Shown in pieces: positions 12,651 through 26,218 of a DNA stretch of 64,000 nucleotides. A program made the position numbers and the translations under genes. The notes beneath the pieces are model-generated. The model worked only from the letters and a program-made list of their open reading frames with translations. It was not told the origin of the DNA and ran no database searches. Position 1 is the first letter of the stretch, and each line of letters begins with the position of its first letter. This DNA comes from Octopus sinensis (lineage: Eukaryota), in assembly GCF_006345805.1 (NCBI RefSeq), contig NC_043023.1, positions 4,402,001 to 4,466,000 on the forward strand, read 5' to 3'.

Positions 12651-12978
12651 TAAAAGGTAAAAAAAATAATAAAGATGGTTATAAATGTAACATAATATGT
12701 ATAAGCATGGCCGTATCAAGAAGTTTGTTTCACAAGTTTCTTTTACAGCTACCTGACAAGCAAGTCTTGTTGACCCTTCCTCAGGCAACCAATTTGGTGA
12801 TGGGGAAACTACAAAAGAGGCTGTGTGTAGCCCACCTCCCCGTGATTGTAAAAGTTGGTGGAGCAATGTGTAATGGTGTTCCTGTATTAATGTTTCATGT
12901 ACTTTTGTTAGTGGCTGGCCTTCTAGTCTTTTAAATTAACTGCTGTTTTTTTTCCCTTTTTTTTTTCTGTTTTGCAGA

Positions 12979-13111
12979 ATGAGTAACGATAAGTGCTATA
13001 AATGCAGTAGAACAGGACACTATGCGCGAGAATGTCGCAGCACTATCTCTGGTATGGGAGGCCGGAGTAATACCGGCATGCGAGATCCGCGATCTCGAAA
13101 CAATACCGGTG
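12979..13111 (+). CDS. CNBP: CNBP-like zinc-knuckle protein, coding exon 1 (knuckle 1 and Gly/Arg linker)
   Basis: Long pyrimidine tract, tttgcag|aATG; MSNDKCYKCSRTGHYARECR…NNTG; donor G|gtaagt, phase 1. Confidence 0.92.
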
Positions 13112-13459
13112 GTAAGTATGATTGTTGTTTGTTTAGCCTTAGGGTATGCCTTATCTGGTAAACTCATGATCAAAGGAGTTCATGCTCTATTAAAATAGAT
13201 TTCTGAAAATCTCCATCTAAACCGACAGTTGAGTAAGTAGGATTTAAGATTTGGTTACCATTACTAGCAGGTTGGACAGCCATGTAGAGACTTGATAATC
13301 CTGTTTTTGGGCTTTATCATGCTTCAGTGGTTATGAAATGTGGGGTTAATGTTGAATTCCATGTTCGAACTTGTGTGTGTGTGTGTGTGATGATGAGAGC
13401 TGGATAAGTTACTGTTCTTTTGCTTGTCAAAAGTTGAAACTGGTTATAGTGTGTGGGTG

Positions 13460-13949
13460 GAATTTTGGTTTAACCCTTTTGATGCCAACCCACTTGAGGC
13501 TAACACAGGGTCTATGACATGTTTTTAAAGTTAATTACAATCTTCCATAAAAGTTTTGTTAGTTTGTTCAAGACAATAATGAGAAAGGTATTTTAATAAA
13601 TTCTTTATTTTAAATATTGACTTTCAGGAATATTCAGAAAATTTTTGAAAATTTCTTTGACAAAAAAAAAAAAAAAAAAGAAATTGTGTGATGCTTTTCA
13701 ATATTTTTCTCCCTGTAAATCTGTTTTATGGAATGATGAACGCATCCAAGAGTGGTCCATTGCTGGGAAAAATTCAGACAAGCTGATTTAGAAAAAATAA
13801 TTAAAATATAGTGGGAGCTTTTAGGATATGGGAGGGGGATTTTAAAATGTTTAAATTTCTTTTCCATAATTGTATGATTACATATTGTCAAAAATTTTCT
13901 GGAAATTCCCCCGAAATAAAGTATATGAGGGGTGTATAAACCAGAATTC
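13460..13949. mobile_element. MITE with GAATT(C/T)TGGTTTA termini carrying a nested TTAA-type insert
   Basis: GAATTTTGGTTTAA…TAAACCAGAATTC. Same family as 27465-27733. Confidence 0.6.
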
Positions 13950-15956
13950 TGCCTGTATGTGAATATGCAGTATATTTGCAATTATGTAACATGCCTAACA
14001 GTTTGGTTACACAGCTAGCTTTGTAACCACATGGTTTCGGTTTCAGATTCACTCTCATCTTGGACCTGTTTTCTGCTATAGCCTTGGCTCAACCAACGCT
14101 TTAGGAAACAAGCCACATGTGCATGTGTTCCTCTCCTCCTTCACAGTTGGTTATAACTGTGCATGAAGAAAATACCAATAAAGTTGTTTACATTCTATGT
14201 GTGTGTAAATATGTCCATTTGCCCTGCCATTACTGTAGTTAGATCCTCCGGTCATAGATTTTTGATGAATGAAGGTGTTTAATACCGCTGCTTTTGGCAT
14301 CAGTGTCTCAAGGATCTTTGGCAGTTGTATTCAAGTATTGTTTTAATGTTCATCCACTCATCATAGACCTCATTTTTCAGAATATCTTGTCTAAGATGGA
14401 GGAGGGATCTGTAGTATTGTCATATTTAGTGATTGATGTTACTCAATGCCTAAATTGGTGCTAATCCTTCCAAGATTTAGAAAGCTCTATATATCTTCCC
14501 CATCTTCACTTAAGGAGTAGTCTTAGTGTAACAAGTGTTGGATTATTATGGGTTCCTCTGTTTAGTTTCACACTGACTGCCATAGTTGTGAGCAATAGCT
14601 TTGAGAACAAATGTACTTAGGACTTGTTCCCATGCATCAGTGTTCATTTTTACTTGCATGCTACACACTCTCTGTCTCTGGTTTGCAATCTGTCCTGCTC
14701 TTATGCATCCTGGCTGCATTTTGTTTTAGGACCGACATGAAATTTTTAAATGTTAACTTTTTCTTGAGCCAATATTACGTTCTGAGTTCAAATTCTCCGT
14801 TCTCTCAGGGTTGATAAAATAAGTACCAGTTGTTCACTGAAGCTGGTATAATTGGCTTAACTCCCTTTCCCCGAAATTGCTGGCCTTGTGCTAACATTTG
14901 GAACCAATATGTATGTTGTATTAGAAACTTTCTGAATGGGTGCTTCTGACATCATCAGGGCTCTTGATATCATCTGCTTAGCAAGAGAGTGGGTGTCAAA
15001 GCAACGAAAGGTGAGTGAGAGAGCTACTACAAACAGTAATGTCCCCAAGACAGTTCCTTGAGAAACTACTCAATTACTACTCCCATTGGCTGCAATAACC
15101 TGACCCTTAGTTCTCAAAACTTCTATATTTCCAACTTTTGGGGATACAATAAATGATTGTCATACTGTAGAAGCTGTGTGAAGCAGCACTCTTATGGAAG
15201 CAATGCCAAGTCTTTTACTCTGATGAATTCAATTAAATTCCTTTTGATAATTTAACTTAGAAGAAAGGTAATGTGAGTTTGATAGGCCTTCAAATTTTTA
15301 TGTCAGCCCCTCTTCCTCCACCCTTTTCCATATTTTGGAGGAGAAAGTGAAGCAGTTTTTGCTTTTCCAGGAGAACAGTTGGAAATGTACTAAGGCCAAC
15401 CTTGGTGCATATCATTTACTGCCTACTTTCCATGATGGCACAATTTGGACTGTATGAAAGGATCTGGCAAGTCACAGGGCTGTGCCAAGTTCATTTTAGG
15501 AAAATAGTGTTTTCCACTGGTTTTGTTTAATAAATAAATGAGATTTCTTATCTGTATTTTCCTGTCTCTGGGAATATTTGTGTATGCTGACTTTATTCTT
15601 TTTTAGAACAAATCCAAGTTAAGCTATTGGTTTGCATCAGCATTAGTTGTTCAATTTTCACATAATTGTCTTGCACAGACTTTTGAACCAGTCCTGTTCA
15701 AAGATCTCTTAGAATTGATATCTTGTGATCCTTGTAGATTTTAAGTGCTCTTTGTGAGGTGCATATCTGGTTTTGTTTGGATCATTGTTGATTTTGTTGT
15801 AGTTATGAGTAATAGCTTCACTTTGTGGAGGAGTTTTGTGTTACTTGTAAAGCAGAGATCTATTGTATTGTTGTCTGTGATTGAATATTTTTTAATATTT
15901 AGATTACTTGATCAAATGCAATGCTTATGTAATCACACTATTTTTAATTATGTGAG

Positions 15957-16250
15957 GGCGCGTGGCTTAGTGGTTAGGGCATTCGGCTCATGATCGTAAG
16001 GTTGTGAGTTCGATTCCCGGCGACGCGTTGTGTCCTTGAGCAAGACACTTTATTTCACGTTGCTCCAGTCCACTCAGCTGGCAAAAATGAGTTGTACTTG
16101 TCACTCTCTGTGTCACGCTGATTATCCCCGAGAACTACGTTAAGGGTACACGTGTCTGTGGAATGCTCAGCCATTTGCACGTTAATTTCACGAGCAAGCT
16201 GTTCCGTTGATCGTATCAGCTGGGACCCTCGTCGTCGTAACCGGCGGAGT
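15957..16250 (+). mobile_element. Full-length tRNA-derived SINE, family C
   Basis: A box (TGGCTTAGTGG) and B box (GAGTTCGATTCC), followed by a 'ttgtgtccttgagcaagacactt…gctccagtccactcagctg' core. Other copies at about 48580-48790 and 51480-51790. Confidence 0.9.
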
Positions 16251-17330
16251 CTTACAAATTATGCTTTATTCTCATAGCTTTGAGATTTTGATGATGTGAT
16301 TGCATATTTTTAAAAAGATGTTTAGGATGATGGAGGCTGAATCTGGTTGGTTTGAACATAAAACAAGTAGGGCTGGATATGGCTGGTCTAAATGCTAGAG
16401 GGTTAAATCACCCAAGAGAAGTACAATATGGGCCCCATTTAGACTGATATCAAATATACTTTCTGATACTACTTATTTGCCAATATGATTTGAGGCATTC
16501 AGTAGATGGCATATGCATATCTATTTTTATACATCGATACTGTGTATGTACTGATTTTGTATCACAAACTGAATTTTAATGTGACATCTTCATGGGTGTT
16601 TATTCCAACTCCAGTATATAACTTCTTTTGTGTGGAGCTGGCAGAATTGTTTGCATGCCAGACAAAATGTTTAGTGGCATTTTGTCCATCTTTATGTTCA
16701 GAGTTCAAATTCTACTGAGGTTCACTTTGTTGTTCATCCTTTTAAGGTTAATAAAATGAATACCAGTTGAGCACTGGTGTCAATGGAATCCACTGACCTC
16801 TTCCGCCAGAATTTCAGGATTTTTATTAAGTGCATTTTTTTAAGCATCTATGCTTTTTGCTTCACTGCCTGCTACAAGGTATCTCAGGGAATTTCACTTC
16901 AGTTACTACACTAACATGTGACATTGAACAGAACATATTTGTGATGGCTTTGTGTGATTCCACTGAGCCAGGTCAGCTCTTGCAGTCTTCTACAACATTT
17001 TAAAAGCTTGGCTGCTACAATTCTACCTTGCTATATTACCTTTTCATCAAGAAAGATTAGCCTTGTGCTCCCCTTGGAGGGACAGTTAGTTGTACACCTT
17101 ACATTCACATTTAGGTTTTCTCTCACTACAAATTAATGGGTTCCTTAGGTGTGTTTCTCTGCAAGTTTATCCTTTCTTTAATCCCTGTAGGATTTCTGGG
17201 AATAATTACTTTATTCTGCTCTTTGGGGTTTGTATTGTGAAAGAGCAGTTTGTGATTTGTGCTCTGTCCTTTATATTTTTTAATACAATGGAAGGGGTTG
17301 ATATTCATCGCACAGTTGTTTGTATGTATG

Positions 17331-17373
<43 letters not shown>

Positions 17374-19629
17374 ATTCTAACATAGGTACAGGTCCTAGAA
17401 TTTTGCGGGGAAAATTTAGTTACACTAATCCCAGTAATTGACTGGTGCTTTTAATAGCTCTGAAAGGATGAAAGGCAAATTTGAATTTGGAACATAGACT
17501 TAGGAGGAATACAGCCAGGCATTTTCACCAATGCCTTAATTTTGTCAGGTAAAAGACCCAGATTTTCAGTAGTGGTTTAAGTATAATGGTTCACTTCTAT
17601 ATGATTATGTTAATAATTTTGCTGGAAAGCAAGGCGAATTAAAATTGTTTCAATCGAATCATAAAACACTTGTAATATTTGAGTAAGGTATTAGTTATGA
17701 GGTTGTGATGGTGTAGGATGGTTGGAGAAATCTAAAGAGAAACAAGGTTTTATAAAATTGAGAGCATGAGGAGTAGGAAGTGCACTGAAGAGGAATAAGG
17801 GGTACACTGGAGCATGGGTGGGAAAAATAAAGTTGAAGGCTAAGTAGGATGCACTAAAATAATTTCAAAAGGATAAGTGGTGGGGCGGGGGGGACAAGAT
17901 TGAGAAATGGAATATGCTGTGATAGGATGTGACAGAGAATGTTCAATATCATCATTTAGCATCCATTTTCTATGAAGCTAAACAGTGGATACAACTGTAC
18001 ATAGGAATCTTGGATTCCTGCTTTAGAATTTTTGTTTTTGCCTGTTTTTATGTCCATTTTTCTATGCTAGCATACATATTTAGGCACTGTTTTGCAGTCA
18101 CCTATCTATAACCATTACCTGTTTTACTTGTATTTTTTTTTATTTCACTTGTCTTCACAAACCCAGAGCTATGGAACAACTTGTTAGGGACAGTGGTTCT
18201 CAACTGGGGTACATATTGCCCTTAAAGGTCAATATAAAGTTTGCTTTTAAAATTTGTACAGTAAATTGATTATACTTCTACAATACACAAAATATAATTT
18301 TTTATAAAGTTCCTAATATTCAGTTATAAAAATAGTCAGATTTTTATGTCCAGGAAAGTGTTGGCCATAAATAGTTGTGAACCACTGGCATAGGATATCA
18401 GCAAATGCCACTGTTCTTTTGTTAGATGCTTTGCATGCACACACACACATGACAGTTTCTACTAATTCAGTGGACAAGGCTTTGATCAGTTCATGGCTGC
18501 AATAGATGCATGTCTGTTGTACCATGCATAGTATACAGCTTAAGATTGGTAATAAAACGAACTTTAGAGTTGCCAGTGCTTGTTTACTTTTGAAATGGGG
18601 GCACATGCTGAAATATATATTGTGTTCTTTTGTACCATTTCTGCCTGCTAAATTTCCCTCAAGATATTGGTCAGTACAAAGCTGTGCAATAGTACAAGAT
18701 ACATGAAGTGCCACACTGGGACAGAGCCCAGTAGTATCTGGTTACGAAGCAAAGTTCATAATCATGCAGCCATGCTTGGGCCATTTATGACAGGGGTAGT
18801 GTATGCACACAAGTACTCACTTATTACTCTGATCCAAAGTACTACAAGCAGTTTGTAGCACATGACTGGAGTCCTGGCAGTCTTGTATTTTTTGTCTCTA
18901 ACTAGGCCAGATTATTTTGTAATGAGCTTGTAGACTTGAGACTGGTATCACACATGTAACGCACACACCACACACATCTTTTTAGGCTTGCTTTTCCAAG
19001 CTGGCATGATTTGGATGATGGTAAATTTAAAACACTTGTGGGACGCTGTGGAGTTGGAGTTAGAAACAATTATAGGGTAGCTAGAATCAGTCGCTATAGT
19101 TTTAGCGACTCTAACTCATATCTTTATTTAATATAAATCGGTTATAACATATAGGTCTACTCAAAATACAAGTGTATGCATATGCTTTGAGATATGTAGA
19201 TCACAATTACTTAATTACATAAAGTATAGTTGGAGTCAGAGGTGCCAATAGTAGAGGAATTGAAGTTTTTTGTTTCGATTCCACAGCCCTACGACAATGA
19301 AATATGCAGAACCATGGGGCCCGTTTGTCTTATAACAGTAAGGGAACCTGGTCAACTGTTAGATAAGAATATTTTCAAGTTCAACATCAGTATAATCTTC
19401 GGCAGTCATTGAATTGTTGAATGGAATATCTCTGTATTTACGTTAACAAGATCGATTTAAAAAATAATCTAGGGTGATGGTTTCAGAGAAACACTAGTGA
19501 TGTGAAGCAGTTGGAAAAAAACTAATGTTGGGTTATGCAATACAATATATATTTAAGATTATTTTTGCTATTCAATGCTAATTACATTTTAGATATTTGT
19601 GTGTGGTGCTGGCATGGCTGTATGGTTAA

Positions 19630-19850
19630 CCCTTTAGTGTTCAGATTACACTGTTAAATGTAATGCTTTTTTATTTAAATTGTTTTGAATTAATCAAGCA
19701 TTATCTCATAGCTTTGAGGTTTCAATGATGTGATTGTTTATTTTTAGAATGTCAATGTAGGTTAGATGTGAGAGGCTGGATATGGCAAGTTTGAATATGA
19801 AACATGTGAAATATATTGGGCTGGATTTGGCCACTTTAAACACTAAAGGG
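19630..19850. mobile_element. piggyBac-type MITE
   Basis: TTAA|CCCTTTAGTGTT…AACACTAAAGGG|TTAA. Related copies at about 16260, 23280, 30120, 40810, 50950 and 60550. Confidence 0.85.
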
Positions 19851-20004
19851 TTAAGGAATAAGATTGCATTGAATTTAGGGTTCATTCCCACTAACGCTGA
19901 CTGGTATCAACTCTGGAATGCTTTGTAGGTGAACTGGAGCATGAAAACTAAGAACCTGTCACATAGGTGTATTCTTTGCTTTTCATGATACAAGTGTACA
20001 TCAT

Positions 20005-20300
20005 CATCATTTAAAGTCCGTTTTCCATGCTAGCACGGGTTGGACGACTTTGACTGAGGGCTGGCAACCAGATGGCTGCTCCAGTCTTGATCTGGCAGTT
20101 TCTACAGCTGGATGCCCTTCCTAACACCAACCACTCCGAGAGTGTAGTGGGAGCTTTTTACGTGCGACCCGCACGGGGTCCAGTCAATTGGTACTGGCAA
20201 TGGCCTTGCTCGAATCTTTTTACAAGTGCCAGTGAAGCGACATTGGTAACGATCACGCTCGAATGGTGACATTTTACGTGCCACGGGTACGGAAGCCAGT
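20005..20300 (-). mobile_element. SINE family A copy
   Basis: ATC-repeat tail and 'ctacagctggatgcccttcctaacaccaaccactc' on the + strand. Confidence 0.85.
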
Positions 20301-20319
20301 TGGCTGCTCTGGCAACAAT

Positions 20320-20344
20320 GTGTGTGTATGTATTTACATACTTA

Positions 20345-20385
<41 letters not shown>

Positions 20386-20455
20386 CCGTATATGTATGTA
20401 TATATGTGTTTAAGTATATAATATATATAAATCTATTAATGTGTGTATATGTATG

Positions 20456-20520
<65 letters not shown>
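20320..20520. repeat. Compound (TG)n/(TA)n/(TATG)n microsatellite
   Basis: Directly visible. Similar tracts at about 17330, 25260, 25790, 33170, 49940 and 56560. Confidence 0.95.
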
Positions 20521-20522
<2 letters not shown>

Positions 20523-20559
20523 CGTTTAAAGCACTGGTTCTGATAACCAAAGCTAGGCA

Positions 20560-22230
20560 ACATCGAACCTAGTGAGTACGGGAAACCTAGGTAATATAAG
20601 TGTCTCACACTTAGATAAAGCAGTTGAGGGTATGGAGACAAGGAAAGCCCCTGGTCCTTCCACATTCACTGCAGAGATGCTCAAAATATCTGGTAGTGTT
20701 GGCTATAGCCTAGTTAACCAGGTGATACATGAGTCATACCCAATGACTGGTGTAGCAGTACCATAGTCAACTGCTACAAAGGTAAAGGTGATGTTTTAGA
20801 TAAAAAAATTATTTCAGAGGTAGCAAGTTGTTGGATCAGATAATGAAGGTCACGGAAAGGGTCATAGCCCAGCTAATTTGGGAGAGAGTCAGTCTAGATG
20901 AGATGCAGTTTGGGTTTGTGCCAGGGAGAAGCATCACTGGTGCTATATTTCTGGGAACACAGCTGCAGGAGAAATACATAGCCAAAGATAAATCTCTGTA
21001 TCTGGCCTTAGTTAACATGGAGAAAGCCTTTGAAAAGGTTCCTCGATCTCTTTATCTGGTGGTCAATGCGGAAACTAGGGATAGATGAATGGCTTGTGAG
21101 AGCTCTGCAAGCCATGTACAGGGACGCTATCACTAAGGTGAGGTTTGGCAACAAGTACAGTGAGGAATTCATGTAGGGGTAGGGGTCCACCAAGGATGAG
21201 TCCTCAGCCTCCTCTTATTCATCATACTCCTCCAAGCAATAACAAAGGAATTCAGAACGGGATGCCATTGGGAGCTCCTATGCTGATGACCCTGCTCTAA
21301 TTGCTGAGTCACTATCGGAACTAGAGGAAAAGTTTCAGGTGTGGAAGCAAGGATTAGAATCGAAGGGCCTTAGTCAACTTAGCTAAAACCAGTTTTAATA
21401 TGTAGGAAGGCAGACAAAAAAAAAAAACAAATCCTTTCAAGTAGATGGCCATGCTTGATCTGTAGAATAGGCATAGGTAGAAACTCTATAAGATGTACCC
21501 AGCAATATCAAAGGAAGGCTAACTGGGAAGATAGTTTTTGTATGTGTGCTATAAACACTGAAAATGTGCAGAGAACAGCTTCTGTCACTACAAGTAGTTG
21601 ATAGCTTCTGTTATCTAGGGGACCAAATCAGTTGTTGGGGTGGATGCCCTGTAAGTGTAGCTGGGGCAAAGTTTAGAGTTCCTACCTCTGCTGGTGACAA
21701 AAGGCCTCTCACTCAGAGTAAAAGGTAGACTGTATAAAAGCCATACTACATGGCAGGGAAACATGGTCCGTGACTGCTGAGGACATGCATAAGCTTGCAA
21801 GGAAGGAAGCCAGTATGCTGTGCTGGATGTGTAATGTCAGTGTGCATATACAACAGTGTAAGTACTCTGAGAGAAAAGTTGGATTTAAGAAGCATCAGTT
21901 GTGTGCAAGAGAGATGACTGTCCTGGTATGGTCATGTGTTGGGAATGAATGAGGACAGTTGTGTGAAAAAGTGTCATACTATAGCAGTTGAGGGAACCCG
22001 TGGAAGAGGTAGACCCAGGAAGACCTGGGATGTGGTGGTGAAGCACAACCTTCAAACATTGGGCCTTACCGAGGCAATGACTAGTGACAGATATGCAGTG
22101 CTTGAGAAGATCCGACAAGCCAAGTGACACCATAGCCCGTGGCCTATGCCAGTGGGTGTAACCAGCCCACTTACGAGTACCCCTCATTCATTTGACAATA
22201 AACTTTGCTTGCAAAGACCTATTGAGGCAA
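20560..22230 (+). mobile_element. Degenerate RTE-clade LINE, reverse transcriptase to 3' end
   Basis: KAPGP…, QFGFVPGRS…LQEK…KAF…VPR, GVHQG-like, YADD at about 21280, and C-terminal GTRGRGRPRKTW. Many frameshifts and stops. Confidence 0.92.
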
Positions 22231-22859
22231 GTGAAATCAAATCAAAATCGCTGATGTCACCATGACAATACCGCCTGATTGGTACTCATGCCAGTGGAAC
22301 GTTAAAAGCACATCTGAGTGTGATCATTTCCAGGGCCATGGATTGGTTCGTGCTGGTGGCTTGTAAAAAGCATAATTCAAGTGTGACCATTGTCTGACAC
22401 ATGAAAAACATTCAAGTGTCCAGAGGCGTGTCCACAATATTTGCTTGTAACTTTAATTTTTTTACATACAGATTTGAAGATCTTTCTGATTAAATTTGAC
22501 ATTTATGGGCAGGCAAATTTAAAACACTAAAATTTAAATTCTTAATACACCTTACCTGTTTGATTTGTTACTAAAATTATCCCAGATGTCAACAGCCAAC
22601 AATTTTTCCACTTTTTAAAATGAGGTACATTAATTTGAATTAAATAAAATACAGGTATAATTGGCACAAGATTTTACTCTTTATAATATTTCATTCAAAT
22701 ATTTTCATAAAGTAGAAAACTCTTTCACTAGTCAATATACCATGTACTCTCACACATTTACATAACAGAATGCATCTAATAAAAAAGGCTTATTAACAGG
22801 TGAGGCAAAGGTGAATACAGGTGTGTAATATACTGAAAATTAATGTATTTCTCACTTTC

Positions 22860-23100
22860 ACATTTGTAATAAAATGAAAGGAATATATGAGCATTTGCCA
22901 CATGCAAAACCTATCTTCCTAGTTAGCCTTCCTTTGATATTGCTGAGCTTCTTATGTGTCCATAGCTTACACTGGATACATCTTATGGAGTTTCTACCTA
23001 CTATCAAACAACAAAATATAGTTGTTATAATTTCTGTTGTGGAACTGCCCAAAGGACCCTTTACAGGGGCACTTTGCGAAACAAACACATATACGAGGGC
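22860..23100 (-). mobile_element. Inverted fragment of the same RTE family
   Basis: GRNSIRCIQCKLWTHKK…NIKGRLTRKIGFACGKC matches the segment at about 21470-21550. Confidence 0.75.
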
Positions 23101-23817
23101 TCAACTTGATATTCTTTCAGCCCCCTCTCCTCCTCCTCCCAGTCTGCTAATTTTTTCCGTTACATCCATTTTTCCCAGTTTATGGAAGTCAATATTTTTT
23201 TTGACATCCATCTCAGTTAATTTTGTTTCTCTCCCAGTTCAGTTCTTTCTGGATGTGTAACTGAGATGCGATGTCAACCTTGCATTATCTCAAAAAGCTA
23301 TGAGGATTTGATAATGTGACCCCCCCCCTTTTTTTTTGGTGATTTCATAGAAGAATCAGGTATGGCTGGATTTGGCCGGTTCAAACAAATAAAGGGGTAT
23401 TATTTTTGGTCACTTCTGATTGGCCTGAACACTAAAGGGCTAAAGCCTGGTACCTTTATTGATCTCTTCTGTTGAGTCACTTTGATGGGGATGTAAGTAC
23501 ACTGACACTGGCTGTTGAGCAGTGGAGATGAAGTGACAAACACAGGAGCACACATGCATATGATGGGCTTCTTTCAGTTCCTCTTTGCCATACCCACTCA
23601 ATGCCTTGTCCAGACCAGGTGCCATGTAGTGGGGCTGAATCCTGAAGTATATGGTTGGAAGCAAGCCTCTTACACAACTGTGCCTGTGCCTGTGAGGCTC
23701 TGCAGACAAAATCATTTTCATGAATGATATTTACTACTCCTGTCCTGTATTTGACATGTTTTTCCCGTCTCATCTTGTATGATTTTTGACTATGGGATTT
23801 CCATATTTTTATTGCAG

Positions 23818-23943
23818 AAAAGTGTTACAAGTGCAACCGCTACGGTCATTTTGCAAGAGAGTGCAAGGTGGAGATAGACCGTTGTTACAAGTGCAACGAA
23901 CACGGCCATATTGCTAAAGAATGTAATAAGGAAATAGACAGTG
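23818..23943 (+). CDS. CNBP: CNBP-like coding exon 2 (knuckles 2-3)
   Basis: attgcag|AA, phase 1; [42 protein letters not shown]; donor G|gtaagt; 126 nt. Confidence 0.95.
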
Positions 23944-24275
23944 GTAAGTTAAGCTTCTTGGTTTTCTTTGCATATCTATTTCCCTTTCTCTTTTCTTTCC
24001 CCTTCCATGTCTACTATTTTCTGCCTTCCCTCTCATTAATTTGCCCGGATTCCTCGCTTGTTAGCTCTACCCTTTCCTCTCTCTACTGCTTTCTCTACTT
24101 GTTTTATGGTTTTGTTAGGCATGGCCTCCAAGACAGGGAAGCATGGATATTTGGTTTGAATTCTTGCAACTGGACTCTATTAAAATTAATTGAAGGGATC
24201 AGTGCCCTGGCCAGATGGTTGTAATCCACTGTACTCATACAAATTTAGTCCATTGTTACACTTCTGTTCACCCAG

Positions 24276-24352
24276 TAACACTAAAAGACTATTGAAGAAG
24301 ATACCCAGTCAGAGCCAAACTGTGGTCACATGCAACCTGTGGATCTTTCTAG
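24276..24352 (+). other. Candidate 77-nt stop-containing (poison) exon of CNBP
   Basis: ttacacttctgttcacccag|…TAG|gtaaca. In the CNBP frame it reads VTLKDY* (TGA 24293-24295). Confidence 0.25.
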
Positions 24353-24940
24353 GTAACATTTCCTGTTGAAAATTTACCTTGAACTTATTTTAAATAGTGC
24401 AGCCCACAAGATGATGATCCATGTTTCATGCAACCTGCTTCTCGCAAAAGTTTGTCAATGCCTGCACTAGCCTAATCTGCTGTACTGCAATCTTTCCATG
24501 CAATGTAATGAACTAAGTTCCCCTCACAGCAGTGGCTACAGCTGCTTTTCTCCAGTATAGTGCACCCAGGATCATTCCTTTGAGATATTGAGGGGGCAGT
24601 GGTTTGACTTGCTAAGTTTAAATGGATAGCCAATCTTGTGGATGGTGTCTGCAGTGTCCTTCAAAATGATGTGATCTAAAACGAATTTGGCTTCTATTTC
24701 TACCATGTTGACATCCATGTAGAGGCTTGTGTAAAATATAATTATGATGGGGTGGTGGAAACTAAAAGGGGTCTAAATTTCTGGCGAAAAACTTTGTGCC
24801 ATTGGGTTTGTGGTCCTTTTTTAATTTCAATTAGGAGCAGGTAACTAAACTAAGACACTGTACCATTTCCAGTTAGCTTTAGTGTAGATTCATTCACACA
24901 ACAGACAATCGTTGCTTTTCCCGTCTTCATTTATCTGTAG

Positions 24941-25014
24941 ATATAGTGGAAAGAATCTGTCTTGAGGCTTTTCACCACTTGGAAGATTTCCAATCTTCCA
25001 AATTCTTCTGGGAG
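24941..25014 (+). other. Candidate 74-nt frameshifting exon of CNBP
   Basis: ttttcccgtcttcatttatctgtag|…GAG|gtaatt. Open in the CNBP frame but shifts the downstream frame. Confidence 0.3.
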
Positions 25015-25829
25015 GTAATTCTTGTTTGAAATTTTGATCTGCCTGCTCTTTGTTGGAAAATTTTCTCATGGGAAGAAAAGAATGGGTTAAGGATTCAGAC
25101 ATTCGGTCTCAGTGTTGTGAAAGGACTTGAGGAGGAGGCTGTGTTTAATTTTATGTATTTCATGCTTTATTTTTGAACATTTTTGTTTATAATTTAATGA
25201 AAAGAAAAAGGTTGTAATGTTTTTGTTATTTTTTGTGTTTTGTTGCTTCCACACCAAACTGTTAAACCATTTTAATATATATATATATATATATGTATAT
25301 GTATTTATGTATATATGTGTGTCTATGTATGTGTATGTATAGATGTGTGTGTGTATGTATGTATATATATATATATATTTATAAATAAAATAAATGTTGA
25401 TCTTAACTTCTGCTTAAGAATGTTTTGTAGTACTGGGCACTTTCTCTCCTTGTCTATTCCTTTAACCCTTCCATCATCATATTTTTGTTAAGATACATTA
25501 TAAATTTTTTTAATTTAAACTGTTGTGGGGTTTTTTAATAGAAACATCTATTCTCAGGTGGCTCTATCTAGTCTTTTAAAAAAGTTTGAGTATATGAAAT
25601 GTGTATATAAAATATAATATTCATACACAGACAAATTACTCACATTCGATTACTGCACCATTCCTATCCATCACGCCTTTCTTTTCTTTTATTTGGGTGT
25701 GCGTGTTTGTCTTATATAGAGGCAGGTGTGTTCTAGGGGTGTTCCATTTTGTGTTTTGGAAAGACTGAAGGCCACATGAACCTCAGGTGTATGTGTGTGT
25801 ATATATGTACATATGTATGTATGTGTGTG

Positions 25830-25869
<40 letters not shown>

Positions 25870-26161
25870 GTGTGTGTTTATATTGTATTATACATGAAAT
25901 AGTTATGGTTTTCATATACTGGAACTGATTATTTGCTTTTGAAAAAAAATTTTTTTACCCCCAAATTTGCTCTGTTTTCTAGATTTTCTGTAACAGATAA
26001 GTTTGAGTTGCCATGATACAAGGATTAGTTAGTGCCACGTCAAACATTACTTGCCGTAGAAGCTGAGGTCAGTTTTTGTGCAGTGGCTTGCCTTAAAAAC
26101 TCGCCCCTGATGTTCTTGTTAATCCTGTTAATCAGCTTATCTTAATTTTTCTTTTGCACAG

Positions 26162-26218
26162 AGGGGCCACCGTTTCGTGGCACAGATGGAACTGGCAACT
26201 ATAAGTATTCTTCGTCAA
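26162..26218 (+). CDS. Candidate 57-nt in-frame cassette exon of CNBP
   Basis: cttaatttttcttttgcacag|…AA|gtaggt. Phase 1-1, no stop, adds EGPPFRGTDGTGNYKYSSSR between knuckles 3 and 4. Confidence 0.5.

Noticed and set aside
15957-16030. tRNA gene
   Set aside because: A and B boxes run into a SINE body with several diverged copies, so it is a SINE head.
20320-20520. Analogy to the human CNBP intronic (TG)n(TCTG)n(CCTG)n DM2 repeat
   Set aside because: No CCTG, a different intron, and such microsatellites are everywhere in this window.
24890-25102. 70-aa minus-strand ORF as a nested gene
   Set aside because: No recognisable domain or splice context; it overlaps the plus-strand candidate exon.
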